NCBI RefSeq assembly: GCF_009834535.1
Contig: NC_045718.1
Coordinates: forward strand, 20,770,001 to 20,834,000
Direction: 5' to 3'
DNA length: 64,000 nucleotides
DNA from: Camelus ferus
Lineage: Eukaryota
Shown: in pieces, positions 1-13,069 of the stretch
How the letters are laid out: the number at the start of each line of letters is the position of its first letter
How positions within the stretch are numbered: the first letter of the stretch is position 1
Translations under genes and position numbers: made by a program
Notes under the pieces: generated by a model
Told to the model about the DNA's origin: nothing
The model's input: the letters and a program-made list of their open reading frames with translations, nothing else
Database searches by the model: none

Positions 1-119
1 CTAAGGAGGCAGAGCAAGTCAATGGAAGCCTAAAAACTGCCCCCAAAACTAGGATCATTTGTTACACTTCACCATTGTTACATGCAAACAAAAGAAACTT
101 CTACTATCTTTAAACTGAG

Positions 120-313
120 GCAGGGGCCCACGGCCTGTTTTTATAAATAAAGTTTTATTGGAACACATCCATGCTCATTCATGTACGTATTATCCCACGG
201 CTGTCTTCACGCTCCAGTAGCAAAGTGGAGAAGTCGCAACAGAGACTGTATCACCTGCAACACCTAAAATATTTACTCTCTGGTCCTTTACAGAAAGTTT
301 GCTGACCCCTGCC
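120..313 (+). mobile_element. MER58A-like hAT-Charlie MITE
   Basis: GGCCTGTTTTTATAAATAAAGTTTTATTGGAACACA...CCTAAAATATTTACTCTCTGGTCCTTTACAGAAAGTTTGCTGACCCCTG. Confidence 0.8.
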
Positions 314-1020
314 CTACCTCATTATTGGATATCTTTGTTACAGCAGTCTAGTCTGCCCGTAGCTAATGTAGTACCCAACCAACATGGCTCACTCCAGGAG
401 ATACATTCAAGTATTTTAAATTCAGATGGTGAATCACTTATACCCAGGAAACAGCACCTGCTGCATGGTACGACTCACATCAGGTGACTTTCAGTTTCAG
501 GGCTGGTGATGCAGCAGTGTTGCACAAGGCAGCCTGTGGGGAAATTTTCAACAGGGATCAGTAGACTCGGGAAAAAATATAAATATTTTATTCCTACTCA
601 GTGGCTTGTTTTCTTTGGCAAGAGCTGCGTCAACTTTCATGTCTCAGTTCTGAGCAGAGACAGAAACCGGCCCCACACTTAGTGATGCTCAGCACACCAG
701 GAAGGAGCCCGTTCAGCCCACCTGTTAATACGTCTGTGGACGTTGTTTTGGGAGCTTCTCTCAGGCTGGTTTCTGCCTGCCCCACCCCTGGCTCTGGCTG
801 ACTAGGGCCCCAGAGTCTGCTGGTCCTTGGGGTTCTCATGAGACGGGGTTCTCATGAGACAGGGCTCTTTATATTCTCCTTTGGAGACAATTCTAACCCA
901 TCAGTAGATGTGAGACCTGTGAGTCCTTGAGTCATCTCTGAAGATATGAAGAGTTGGGGTTGACTTAGGCTCAAAGGTGAGGGAGGGAAATTCCTTAGGC
1001 CAACTTTAGCCCACAGCTCA

Positions 1021-1175
1021 AGGCTGGAGCCCAAGCACTGGGGCGTCTGATGTGTGGATTTGAATCTCAGCCTCACTGTTGGCTAACTATGTGATCTTGG
1101 ATAACTTTCTTAATTTTTGTGTGCTTCCTGGTGGGTTGACGACCACAGTACCTCTCTCACGGGGCTGTCCTGAAC
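1021..1175 (+). mobile_element. MIR
   Basis: GGATTTGAATCTCAGCCTCAC...CTATGTGATCTTGGATAAC. Confidence 0.6.
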
Positions 1176-4100
1176 TTGACCTGAGATCTTGCTCAACACA
1201 TGTTACTGCTTGGCTCCAGAGTCTTAGACTCCTGATCAGGACAAGCTTTAAAGGCTAGATAAAATAATTTGGACGTGCAAGTGCCAGGAGGCCTTTGTGA
1301 GAAGCGAGCCTCCCAGGAGATAATGCCCGAGGTTTCTGACTGTATCAGAATTCTCGGTCTTTCCCCAAGGCTGAGCTCCGGCAGAGTGGGGCCGGGGGAA
1401 GAGCAGGAAGGGAGGGAGAGGGCTGCCGGTAGCTTCTTTCCACTAAAAGTAACTGGTCAGAGAATGGAAGTTCACCAAGACCCAAAAAAGTCATCTCTGG
1501 ACCTGACCTGACCTGCACCTGAACCTTGAACTCTTGAAATGGTTTTCCCTCCTAACCAGGATCAACACTCTTGCCCGACGAAGCTCTTGGAAAATGTTCG
1601 TTCGAGGTCACTAAGAAGGACCTGGCCAAACCTTCCTTGTCTTTGAGACCCGGGCTCCTCGTCACCTCCCCAGGGAGGCCTGGGCCCAGGGAGCCCCCAA
1701 GCCAGCCCACACGGCACCTTGCTCACTCCCTTCATAGACTCCTCACGTCTTTTTTTTGCAATTTGTTCAACAAATATTTATTGAGCGCCTACCACCTCGC
1801 AATTCTTTGTTTATTGTCTGTCTTCCCACTGGACTCCCTGAGTGAGGGCAAGGTCTGGCCACCACCGCCTGGTCCTCAGACCGCCTGAACAATAGTCATG
1901 AATATTCATGAGCACGGTTCAGTGAATGGCTAAGGCCCCCAAAGCTTTGCGACTCATAAGTATAATCGCAGCTAATGTCAATTCAGTGCTGTCGGGTGTT
2001 CCAGGAATGATGTAAGTGCTGTGTATTTATTCAGCGATTCTGTGAAACAGATTCCCATCCCACTCTGACAGACAGACAGGGAACCGGAGCTCCTGGCTCT
2101 GGCCCCGCCTGACCTCCCGCAGCTCGCGGGGGAGATCTTGTGGTTCAGCCTCCGTTCACCTCCCGCCACGCAGCTAAGCAGCTCTGCACTCCCCGTGCTG
2201 ACTGCCGCTCGCTGGCTGGAGGCTTCGACATGATTTCAGAGCTTTGATCTGGCTTAGAAAACAAATACAGCAGACTGCGGTCTTCTATGTTTTCAAGGTG
2301 TGGTTGTAAGTGTGGGGGTCCTGGGCCAGCCCCCACCTCCAGAGTCAGGTAGGGTCTCAGAGTTGTCCACAGTAACATAACAGACTGTGAAGCAGAGCAA
2401 CCTGGGAAGCATTCCTGCCTTCGGAAGACCAGATACTTGGAGTCAGTCTTCCTGGGGAGGCTGTGTGGCTTGGTGACGGGATCCCTGAAGTGTCCCTCAG
2501 ATGAAAACCTCCCTGCTTTGTGGCCCTGCAGGTTGGGCCTGTGGGGCTTCATTCGCCCCCCTTACTGATGCATCAGAGATGAACTCAAGCCTCCAAACAT
2601 CCACAGTATTTGCAGGGCCCACTGCCTCAGTGTCGGCCGCCTGCTGCCCCTCCCGGAAGCCCAGGTCTGTGAACCAGCCCCTGGAGGGCACTCTGCTGTG
2701 ACTATCTGGGAAAAGGAATCTAAACACTGAAACTGAACTCCATTTGCTACAAGTCACAAGTTAGCCTTGGCCCCGGGGAAGGGAGTGGCAGGATGGAATA
2801 GAAAGTCACAGAGATGCAAACAGTGTGCCCCCCCAAGGAAGGGAGAGCCCTCCTTCTGCCTTTGGCCACCTCTGGTGACAGGAGGAGACCAGGGGAAGGA
2901 AGAGACCCTGCAGGGATGGAGAGGGGGAGCACAGGGAAGCCCAGAGGTAGGGTTGGGCCTGGGGTTTAATAAACTCAACTCCACCTGGGTTCCAATTACC
3001 TTCTCAGAGGGAGTCGGGGACCACCCACCAGGGCAGGGGGTGGGGGGTGGAGTATGAGATCTCAGTTCGGTTCTAGAACCTTTGTAACATCATGCTTGCT
3101 GTGTTGATGATCTGCTTGCCTGATTTCCCAGAGGAAAGCCAGTCCAAGGAAAGAGGTAGGAAAGAGGGAGGTTGGCATTCTACTCCCCAGACAGGGGAGT
3201 GACAGCTTTCCAGAGAGAGACAGAGAGAGAGAGAGGATATTCAGCAGGGTCCCTGGGACTTGATCAAGGAAGGAAGGCAGGAGTCACCAGGGGAGCCTGT
3301 ATGCCTGGGAAGGGCCTGTAGCGGCAGGTCCATGGGCAGGGCTGGGGCCAGAGGGGTAGGTTCCATAGTGAGAGAGCTGAGGACAGTGGAAACAGCCTGG
3401 CTCGGAAATCTCCATCTGCATGTGACTCCATGTCCCTCCAGCTAATGATTGACTAGCTGTGTGGCCTTCTACCACCTCCACTGAGCATGTCAGAGCCTCA
3501 GTTTCCCCATCTGCAAACTGGAGATAATTCCATAATTGTGATGAGAAACATGAGCTACTAAATGCTATAGCTGGTACCGAGTCTGATCCACCCCTCACTA
3601 CCCCCACCCTCCCACCTCCCAGCCCCCCGACTCCCACCCCCACTGGAAGGCTGTCTTTACTCTCACACCGCAGGCCCCTCATAAACCAAGCTAAGGTTAA
3701 GGCTGTAGCCGCAGTGAGAGCAGCGCTGCACTTGTGGGAATTTCACTGCCCTCTATGTCCCTGCATCTGTCAGCCTGATCTCCTTGGTATGAGCCGATGT
3801 CATTGGACTCTGAAGCTCAGAAAGCATGTCTTACACCAAGGCTTGGCACCAGGGTGTCTGCTCCCCAGTGCCCTCAGGCAGCCTGAGATGCAGGTTGTCC
3901 TGGTGAGATGCTCCCACGGTCATTGCCCCAGGCCTTGGCAGGGTATGTGCAGGTGACATGAGCCCAGCTTCCCTCCTGCACAGAACTTGCCAGCCTCACA
4001 GCACTCGTGCCAGCCCAACCTGCCCTCCCTCACCCACTCCGCGTAGGTTCCACCCTGGCTGGCTGTGTTCCGACTCTGTGCCTCATCCTGCCGGAAGGGA

Positions 4101-4999
4101 CAGCTGGGGTTGGGGGGAGCAGGAGGGGCTGGGGAAGGAGCTGCCCCAACAGGCCGATGTATTGGGAGCCCTTGGACTCTTCTGGACTCTCACTGCCCCA
4201 GGCCTGGCAACCAGCCCCAAGCTGGCAGCCCGCCAGCATCCTATGTCTCCTTTGCGTATCACTGTTTGTTTTGGAGGCTTCTAGGAAGTGAGTCTCCACC
4301 TGAGGAAAATCTTTGACTCTGAGGACTTGTGACCTCAGAGACTTTGAACTCTCGAGGGAGCCCAGCATACCGTAGGCCACTCAGGCAGGCCCGGGGGTGG
4401 GGACAGGCCCGTGACCTGGCAGGAGGCTCCTTGCACATTCCTTCAAAGCAGCCCATGGACAGAAGCTGAGATCTCCCAAGACAGAGCTCATTGACTGGAC
4501 CTGCCCAAAGCAGCACCATTTGGGAACCAGTGCTGTGTGGTCTCTTGCTCCATCTGAAAAGAGGAAAGTATAAGCATTTTGTATTCTTCCCATAATTCCT
4601 TTGGATCTGTTTTACTATAAAGAGGAAGATTATTCAAGTAAATTGAGGCCATGTTCCTGTAACGACCTATTAGCAGAAACCCTCAGACTTACCCCAGTTT
4701 GAAATGCAAGGATGGAGAAATATCTTTCATAAAATTTCTGCTCAATAAGTAACTTTCAAAAGCACAAATTATCTGGCAATGCCCATTTTTTTTAAATTGT
4801 AAAATAGATGTTAGAAACCCCTATTAAATTTGGTAGCATCATAAAAGAAGCAGATTTAATATAGTGAATTTTCAAAGAATAAAGGGAGAAAAACTCAAGT
4901 TATTCCCATCCCAGAGACCATAGTTTTGGTGTCTGCTTCAGTGTGTTCAGGCTGGTGTACTATATATACTGCTCTGGGTCATGGCTAGCGTTCTAACCT

Positions 5000-5890
5000 A
5001 AGCATTTCCCCAAACCAATCAATTAATATTCACTAAGATCATTTTAAAATTTTGAGTGGCTGCATAGCAGTCCATCGTATTGTTGAACAAGTTTTTTTTT
5101 AACCATTCCCTTTTGACATTTAGGTTGTTCCTACTTTTTGCTCTTATACAAAATGTTTAATAACCATCTTCACACACTGATCTGGGAACATACTTCAGAA
5201 AACCCTCCTAGCCGTGGAAGTGCTGAGTCACAGGGTAAGACCCGGCTAAGGCTCCTGGAACATCCGGCCGTTGTCTCTTCCTTTGCTTCTGTGAAAACCA
5301 TTCCCGCTCTGAGACCAGGGAAACTGAGCTAGCAATTTAGCTTTATTTCCCCATATTATTTGAATGTCACTTACTAAACAACGAATCTTTCCCCCACTGA
5401 TTTGAACATTACACTCATCATGTACCGCCAATTTTCTCTAATACATAGGGTCTGTTCCTGGGCCTTCTCTTCTTTTCCATTGAGCTGCCTGTCCTTCTTC
5501 CGTTCCTCTCTGTGTTTGTCTCTGAAGCTCTCGAATGTATTTTACTATCTGGGAGTACAGATCCACACTGCTCTTTTCTTCCCAGAAATTTCATGACTCC
5601 ATTTATACAGTTATTTTTCCAGTTGGATTATTCCATGTAAATTCATTGCTTTAGATTTGAAAACAAACAAACCAAAGACCTTAGATATTTTTATTAGAAT
5701 TCAGTAAAACTTATAAATTTGGGCAAATGACCTTTTACAGTATTCGGAGTTCTCAGTGTGGTGTGTTTTATCATTTAGTTAACGTCAGTCAGTGCACTTT
5801 GGCAGATTTTGTATTACGAGTGTCATGCATTTCCTGTAAGCTTCACTCCTTGATGTTGCGATTGTTATGGGACCTTTGGCATCACAGGTC
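5000..5890 (-). mobile_element. L1ME-like fragment
   Basis: TTTGAGTGGCTGCATAGCAGTCCATCG...GACATTTAGGTTGTTCC degenerate L1 3' motifs. Confidence 0.55.
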
Positions 5891-6101
5891 TTCCGGCCTG
5901 GTGGTTGCTGCCTGGACAGTTTCAGATTCAAGGGCAGCTAAACACCTGAGGGCAGCAAAGTCCCCGCCCTGGCCCAGCTCCTGGCCATGACTACACCCAG
6001 CAAACCCCAGAACCCAACAGGACGAGGCTTCATCAGGTGGATGCAGCTGCAGGCGAGGGTACAGAGGAGTGTTGGCTGCTTATTTTAAAGTCGTGGATCT
6101 T

Positions 6102-6229
6102 GGAGGGAGGGTATAGTTCAGGCATAGAGTGAGTGCCTAGCATGCATAAAGTCCTGGGTTCAATCCCCAGTACCTCCAGTAAAATAAAAAACCTAATTAC
6201 TTCCCCCCAAAATAAAAAAATAAATAAAT
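6102..6229 (+). mobile_element. tRNA-derived SINE, camelid Vic-1-like
   Basis: Degenerate A box, B box GGTTCAATCCC, CCTAATTACTTCCCCCC, A-rich tail. Imperfect 15-bp TSD AAAGTCGTGGATCTT (6087-6101) / AAAGTCATGTTTCTT (6230-6244). Confidence 0.85.
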
Positions 6230-7235
6230 AAAGTCATGTTTCTTATTGTTGGAGGTCAGAGAGTGTCTGGTGAAGACTATGAACTTTATCTCAGAAAGAT
6301 GCTTCAAATGCTGCCAGCGCTTCCAGAGGTTTCATGGAAAACCCCCAAACACATCCGAGGACCCTAATTAACATCTTGCGTTAAAAGGTTGGTCCAGCTA
6401 TGAACTCCTCCAGGGGTGGGTGGTGCCAAGGACAGAAGTGCTTGAACCTGTGTGACCGTGAGTGAGTCACTTCTCTGAGTCTTTATTTTCTCCTGGAGAA
6501 TAATGATCTGCTCAGTCCAGTAATAGCAGTATTTAGGAATCCACTGAACTTGTGTTTGTAAAAGTGCTTGGAAAATTGCAGCTAAGAAAGACAAAGGTCA
6601 GAGACAATCAATGCCAGGAAAGGGGGAAAGATGAGGCCCAGCTCTGACGTGCAGCCAAGGCGTCTGAGTTTCTTAGAGAGCATTATCAGCTCCCATGCCA
6701 CCACTGCCCCCTGGGAACTTGGTCTTCGCTCCCAGGAACGGCTGATGAAGGCCATCACAGCCCTCCACTTCCGAGGTTATGAGACTATTACCCTGAGCCA
6801 GCTGAAACCACAATTAAGTAGCTGGATGTTGGGAAAAAGTGTTGGGGCTCATGGTTCACAGATAGCAGTTTCTGGGTTGTTATAAAAATTAATAATTAAT
6901 CCTTTCCTGCCTGCTGGAGGCGAGCAGCCTTTGAGAAGCCTTGCACAGTGTGACTGGGAGCAGGACCGGCCATCGGGTACCTGGTGAGTTCTGGCCCTGT
7001 GTGGCCGAAGGTCAGCCCTCCTCTCTGACTCACCTCGGGGGGCCCCACTGTAAAATAAGGGGCTACACTCCATGACAGTGAATCTGCAGCTGAAAAATTT
7101 TGCAAAATATAATAATAAACCCAGGTGCCTCACTAGAGACTTTGAAGGCCTTCCACGTTGTCTTCTTGCTCCCAGCAGCTGATGCCACCTGACCTCGTGG
7201 CCCAGCTTGAACTTCAGGCTCTAGACATATCAGCC

Positions 7236-7252
7236 TGTGTGTGTGTGTGTGT
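7236..7252 (+). repeat. (TG)8 microsatellite
   Basis: Direct reading. Confidence 0.9.
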
Positions 7253-8824
7253 TGGGGGGGGAATGGGGGAGGAGGGCAAAGAGCACGTCTCTGGAAACCT
7301 CTCTCTAAATATAAATGGCGGCTCCCTTCACCCCAGGATGAATCTGAAGGGAGGAGGGGAGATGCCCCAAGAGTCCCCACATCCACAGCCCCAGACTCTC
7401 CAGCGCAGAGGGCAGAGGGCAGGCCAGCAAGGGGACTCCAGGGAGTATTTTGAACACCCTCCTCTCAAAACCGCCTCCCTGTAAGGGCTCCCATTTGGAG
7501 CGCAGGAGGGAAGCGCTGTCCTGCTCTCAGCCTCTCCTTGGAGAGTGAACCATAGGAGGCCTAGAGTGGCTCTCTGAGCTTCCAGTTCCTGGCTCGGGGG
7601 CTGGCATACAACAGGAGCTTAATAAAGGACTCAGAGACAAATAAATGAGGCCTTCCTCTGTGCTCTGCTTAAACCTTCTTATATCCTTCCTCTGCTCCCT
7701 CTCTGCCAGTTTGGGTGTCTCCTCTCCTGATTCCTGCTCAAAGTGCACATCCCAGGGTACCCCCAACTGAATGGTCACCTTCCCCAAGTCATGGCCCCAG
7801 CCCTGTGTCCCTGTGTCTCTGCTGGTCCCTTGAAGAAGCTGCCTCTGTGTGTGCTCTCTACCACGGCAGCAAGGACTCTGTTGATCAGCATTACAGATTG
7901 TCTTTGTTATGCCCGCTTAAAAAAAATGTATACACTTGGCCCAGATGAGCAAAGTTGTGGCTTCTCATTCCCGTAATGAAGCTAATAAAGATTGTCACAG
8001 CCTCCACCTGGTAGGGCAGTGAGAGAAATACTCACTAAGCTAATGAATTGACTTTAATTGACTGGTTAGGGGTAAAATATTCAGCGAATTCAAAGTTCAA
8101 CCCTAATGAGCCATTTCACCCCTCCCAGTGGCACCAGGATTAGTAGCTCAGGGTGGTGGTAGTGACGGCTCCCCAGCTGGGCCCTGTGTGGCATGGCTCT
8201 CTGCTCTGGGTGACTGTCTGTCTGGTCCATGAGCTGGGCTGGCCTAGTCTGTCCCTGCCGTCCCAGGGACATCTGCTGGCAAGTGTAACCCCTGGCCTGT
8301 TCACTTGGCATAGAGAGGCCGCTGGCCCACCCGCTCTCGTCTCAAAAGTTCTGCTGACCCTAGAAGCATGGCAGCCTTGAGCAGCCCTATGGCCTCAGCC
8401 AGATTCTTACTGGAAATCTGCCACGGGGACAGGCAGAAGCTGGGTCTCTTCCAGTCCCTTCTACATCACGTGGTGCCCAGGGCTTTGGGAGCATCAGACC
8501 GGGCACCCTCTCACCCCCATGCTGCTGCGGTCCCCAGCACAAGGCCTCCCCTATTCCCCAACTCGTCCCACTACCAGAGTTCGAAATGGGCATCCAGGCT
8601 GAAAAAGCCTTGGTTTTGCCTTTCCCTCCGTCTACCCAGATTCCCTCCTTGCTCAGGACTTCCTCCTGGATTAGGAAGGCCAGCAAGTGAGTGTGACCAC
8701 TCAGTCCCTGACCCTCGGCCCCTCTTCTTCCCACAGCTCCCTGGCCAGGCACGGGGAGTTCTTCTTGCTTCACTTTTCCCCCTGCTAGCCCTCACACCCT
8801 TGCTGCCAGCGTGGTCCATGGACA

Positions 8825-8950
8825 AGCAGCATCAGTTAGCACCTTGATGGAAATGCAGGTTCTCAGGCCCCACCCTGGACCTACTGAACTGGCCTTTGCA
8901 TTTTCACAAGCTGCCCAGGTGACTCGTTTGCACAAGACAGTCTGGAGAGC
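8825..8950 (+). mobile_element. MER5A-like fragment
   Basis: GAAATGCAGGTTCTCAGGCCCCACCCTGGACCTACTGAA...TGCATTTT. Confidence 0.65.
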
Positions 8951-10694
8951 AGAGCTGCTCACATCATGTCCTGGGTGCTTCCTGTCTCGACGGATGTCAG
9001 ACTCAATAATCTGGTCCTCCAGGCCTAATTCTTGATATGTGAAAAGGAACTCAGCAAGTTTAGGAAATCCTTTCCTCTCTTGCCGAAGCCCAGTACCCTG
9101 ATGCTTGACTCAAAGATCTTGGAAGTCACAAGCTGGACAGAGATTTTTTTCTTTCTCTCCATGTTCTTACTGTGACTCATCTTCCCCAAGACATACTTCT
9201 TGAAAACAGGGGCAGGGAAAGAGGCAAAGCTACAGGACTGCGGGAGAGAAAAGCACACGAGCATATTTCAAAAACTGCTCTCCTAGTTACAGTAGCTTTT
9301 GCCGACTCGAGCTTGGGTGATGCCAACAGCCTAAGTAGTGGGTAGAGGGAGAAAGAGCCCTGGGCTTTGATGTCACACGTCCTGCACCGGTGTCACCTAG
9401 GACGGTGACCCTTCGACCACACGGCATCCTCTTCACAAGGATGCAAAGCGGGAACTCCAGAGGGCTCCACGTTTCCTGAGCAAATGGACTGTCTTTATTT
9501 TATAGGCTGATAGGAAAAACTTTTCCCCTACTTGAGCTTTGGCTGCTAGAAAGCTTAAAGCCAAATTTCTGGCTCAACAATTTAAGTGTATGATTATGTC
9601 CAATACTGGCTCCACTTGCTCCTTACTTTTAATTTGTGCATTTTATTAAAATCCATGTTTTCTTATAAGCTACTTTAAAACCTTCCCTGAAGCCAGGTGG
9701 AATAAATTCATAGGCAGGTACAGTTCTAGGTCCTTGACTACAGTTTGTCCCACTTCATCTTTTGTCCAGATGAGGAAACTGAAGCTCGGAGAGGTTAAAC
9801 AAACAAGCCAAAGGCAGGGCGGCTGCTGAGTGTCTAAGTGAGGGTCTCAGCTCCCTGTGTTCAGAGTTGGCCCCCAGTAGGAAGTACTTGGCCGTGGTCC
9901 TCTTGGCAGGTCAGCTAACATTGTGCTGAGAGGGAGCAGAGGGGAGATTCACATCGGATTTGTTCGGAGCTCTGGGACTCTCTGCCAAGCATCATGGGGA
10001 TATGCCCAGCATGCTCTGGGGCAGCCAGCCCTGGCTGGGAGGCTCTTTATGCTGTATCTACTATTTCCCCAGTTAACTGAGCATGATGGTTCTTGAGTGC
10101 TGTTTGGGCCAGTGATTCTGTAATTGGAACAGGAGAACTGCTTTGTGGGGTAAGTGTTTCAAAGGTGTGTTCCTGCCCCAACCACAGTGCCCTGGGTTTG
10201 TGAGACGCGGCTCTATTCCCAGATGCTGGGTACTCCAGCTAAGCGCTTCTCCTCAACAATTCAAGGCAAGCCTGCCTTCCTAGAAAGAATTTGGGATAAA
10301 TGCAAAAGATGACAAAGCAGCTATTTAGAAAAGAATGAAGAGAATTTATATGCACTGAGAGGAAAGGATTATTGTTAATTGAAAAAAGCAAACTAAAGAG
10401 CAGTACATGTATTAAGATCCTATTTGTGGGTTTTAAATACACATACTCAGATCCATATATGCAGACACATGCACGCCACAGACCCCCATACACAGAAACA
10501 CCTCACCCTGGCGCCCTCTCTCACAGTAGGGGGTCTGGAAGGAAACACCAAACACCAAATTGTTAACGCTGCTTCTGGAAAAAGAGACAGAAACCGGGGA
10601 CATGGGTGAGGGAAATTTTAATTTTTCTACTGTATTTATTTCTATATTGTTAGAACTTGTTACATTGATGTTATCACTATCATTTAAGGACTTT

Positions 10695-10902
10695 TTTTCT
10701 TTTTTTATTGAAGTATAGTCAGTTACAATGTGTCAATTTCTGGTGCACAGCATAGTGTTTCAGTGGTACACCTACATACATATATTCATTTTCATATTCT
10801 TTTTCATTAAAGACTCAAAACAAGATATTGAATATATTTCCCTGTGCTATACAGAAGAAATTTTTTTAATCTATTTTTATATATAGTGGTTAACATTTGC
10901 TC
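10695..10902 (-). mobile_element. 5'-truncated L1 3' end with perfect 16-bp TSD
   Basis: Poly-T followed by TATTGAAGTATAGTCAGTTACAATGTGTC...; ATCATTTAAGGACTTT at 10679-10694 and 10903-10918; minus-strand target TT/AAAG. Confidence 0.85.
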
Positions 10903-11934
10903 ATCATTTAAGGACTTTAAAACAATGTAATAAATAAAATCAGCCACTGTGAACATTTCCCATGAAGGTGTGACTAAGAATGCAGACCACCCGGTGGCAT
11001 CAAGAAAGCCAGCGTGTTGTCTCAGAGAAAGTCAGAGCAGGTGGGAGGAGGCGGATTTGCTTCCTGGCTAGCTGGTGGCACGGCGTCCAGTAATGGGCAG
11101 CCTTAGATGTCGAGGATTTCAGTAGCTCCAGCAGAGCTGTGGATCTCAGGGCCCTTGCTGTCCTTGCTGCGTCAGACACGGAGGGGAAGAGCCATGTGGA
11201 GGTGAGCGAGGGTGCCCCTGCAGGCCCCTCTGAGTATGGTGTTGCTCCCAGCCTTTCAGATGTGGGAGGTTCCTAGGTGGCTGACCTCTGCTCTTCCAGT
11301 GTGGGGTGAGCTGGGGTTACAGGTAAGACAGGAGCTCCCACACCCACGGGTTCCGTCAGCTTTCATCCTCCTCCTCTGGGCACAATTCGTGCATCCAATA
11401 TGGACCCCAATTTTCCCAGCCACCACATCCAGCGAACAATAATCCTCTCTTGTTGGAACATATACATTTTCTCCATTCTTTTCTAAACAGATGCCTTGCA
11501 TCATCTTTGGTTTCATCCTCAGTTCATTCTGGAAGGGCAGCCTTACCTGGAGCCTCTGAGGGAACTAGCTTGCCCAGAGGAATGGGCTTTATCCTGGAAG
11601 AAGGGTCACCTGGAAACATAAACTATTTCAGGGGAGCCCAGGCCTGAGCGAGGTGGTCCTGGAGAAGATGCTGAGGAAAGAGGGGCAGGAATGGGGTGCT
11701 ACTGGGGTCACTTGAGAACCACCTCTCAGGTGTCTCCCTCAACACTAACCTATCTCTCCCTGTACACCGGTCTGGAAGCCACTGGACCCTAACCAGGCCA
11801 GCTCTGCGTCCACCCTTCCTTCATCATTCAGATGTCTTGGGTAAGGCCATGGCTTATCCCCCTTAACCCATCATTAGGGGAAACCAGGTGATTTGGGAAC
11901 AATGCTAACGTTTTGCTGTCTTGTGAAGGCAGGC

Positions 11935-12130
11935 AGTAGAGGGTGATAATCAAGAGCTTTGGAGTCAAAAACATCAGTTCAGAAATCAGCTGTGCCTCTT
12001 CCCAGCTGTGGTCTCTAAGCCTCAGTTTCCCCCTGTCAAATGTGACACTGACGATGTCTGCTTCTCAGGGGGTGTTGTAGGACTGAATGAAATAATGGGA
12101 AAGGGCATTTAACCAGGGCCGGCACGTCGT
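11935..12130 (+). mobile_element. MIR
   Basis: GAGCTTTGGAGTCA...AGCTGTGGTCTCTAAGCCTCAGTTTCCCC. Confidence 0.65.
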
Positions 12131-12192
12131 CTCTCAGAAACAACCATTGCCCTGGCTTATCGAAAGGGTGGACTTTCTGGCCTAACAGACCC

Positions 12193-12212
12193 CTGGCGCC
12201 ACCTTGTGGTGC
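12193..12212 (-). promoter_or_regulatory. Strong CTCF motif (minus strand GCACCACAAGGTGGCGCCAG)
   Basis: Core CCACAAGGTGGCGC at 12196-12209 fits CCASYAGRKGGCRS with one mismatch; CpG retained; not inside a recognised repeat. Confidence 0.65.
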
Positions 12213-12699
12213 TGTCTCTCAGCACAGCTGGTTAATCTTTCTCAAAATCAAGCGTCCCTTTTTCAAATGCCAGCGAGCAGGCGGTGCTTGGTCAAACTCA
12301 TTATTGTTTAGACACGTAGATCCTGTAATGCTGAGTATGGCGTTGGTGTCTAGCAGAGCACCTTAGAAAGAGCTTAGAAAGAGATGCTGGAGAAGCATCA
12401 TCTGGGATGACGCTCCCCTCTCCCTCCATCATCCCCTTCTTAGACCAGTTACTACCATCATGCCCAAATACCCGCGATGTTCCCAGCTCTAGAGGTGAAG
12501 ATGCATAAGCAAATAAAAACATCGCTCCTCAGTTTCTGAGCCTCTGCCGCCTTTCAAGTCCCGCTCTGTCACATCTCCCAGGCCTGTTCAACTTTCCCCC
12601 TCCCCTACTGGTATGTTCTTCCCCCAACCCACACCCCACTCAAGCCTCCCCTTTCCTTTTCCCCTCCACCCCCACCTCAACCCTAACCTCCTGTCAGCC

Positions 12700-12960
12700 T
12701 CCCCTTCAGGTAGCACTAATGACCACCTCCTCTAAAATTATGCCCCCCAGTCCTTCCGCCCCTTTCCTGTTTCACCCTGCAGCACTAACCCACCCCAGGT
12801 GCCGCTCATTTGTTTACTGTCTTGCCCTGTTTGAATGGCACCTACCTGAGGGCAGAGATTTCAGTGTTTCTTTACTGCTGTATCTTCAACACCTGAAACA
12901 GTGCTCCACTGTAGTAGGTGCTCAATGATTGTTGATTGACTAAAGAAAGGAATGAAAACA
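12700..12960 (+). mobile_element. L2 3' end
   Basis: GAGGGCAGAGATTTCAGTG...GTAGTAGGTGCTCAATGATTGTTGATTGAC. Confidence 0.65.
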
Positions 12961-13069
12961 AAGATGGATTCTGAGGGAGGGGGAAACTAGAGAAGCTTTC
13001 TCAGCATGCCGCAAAATTAAAAATGGAAAGGAAACTTATTTCCTTATGAAAGGAGGTTCCTAAAGAAAG

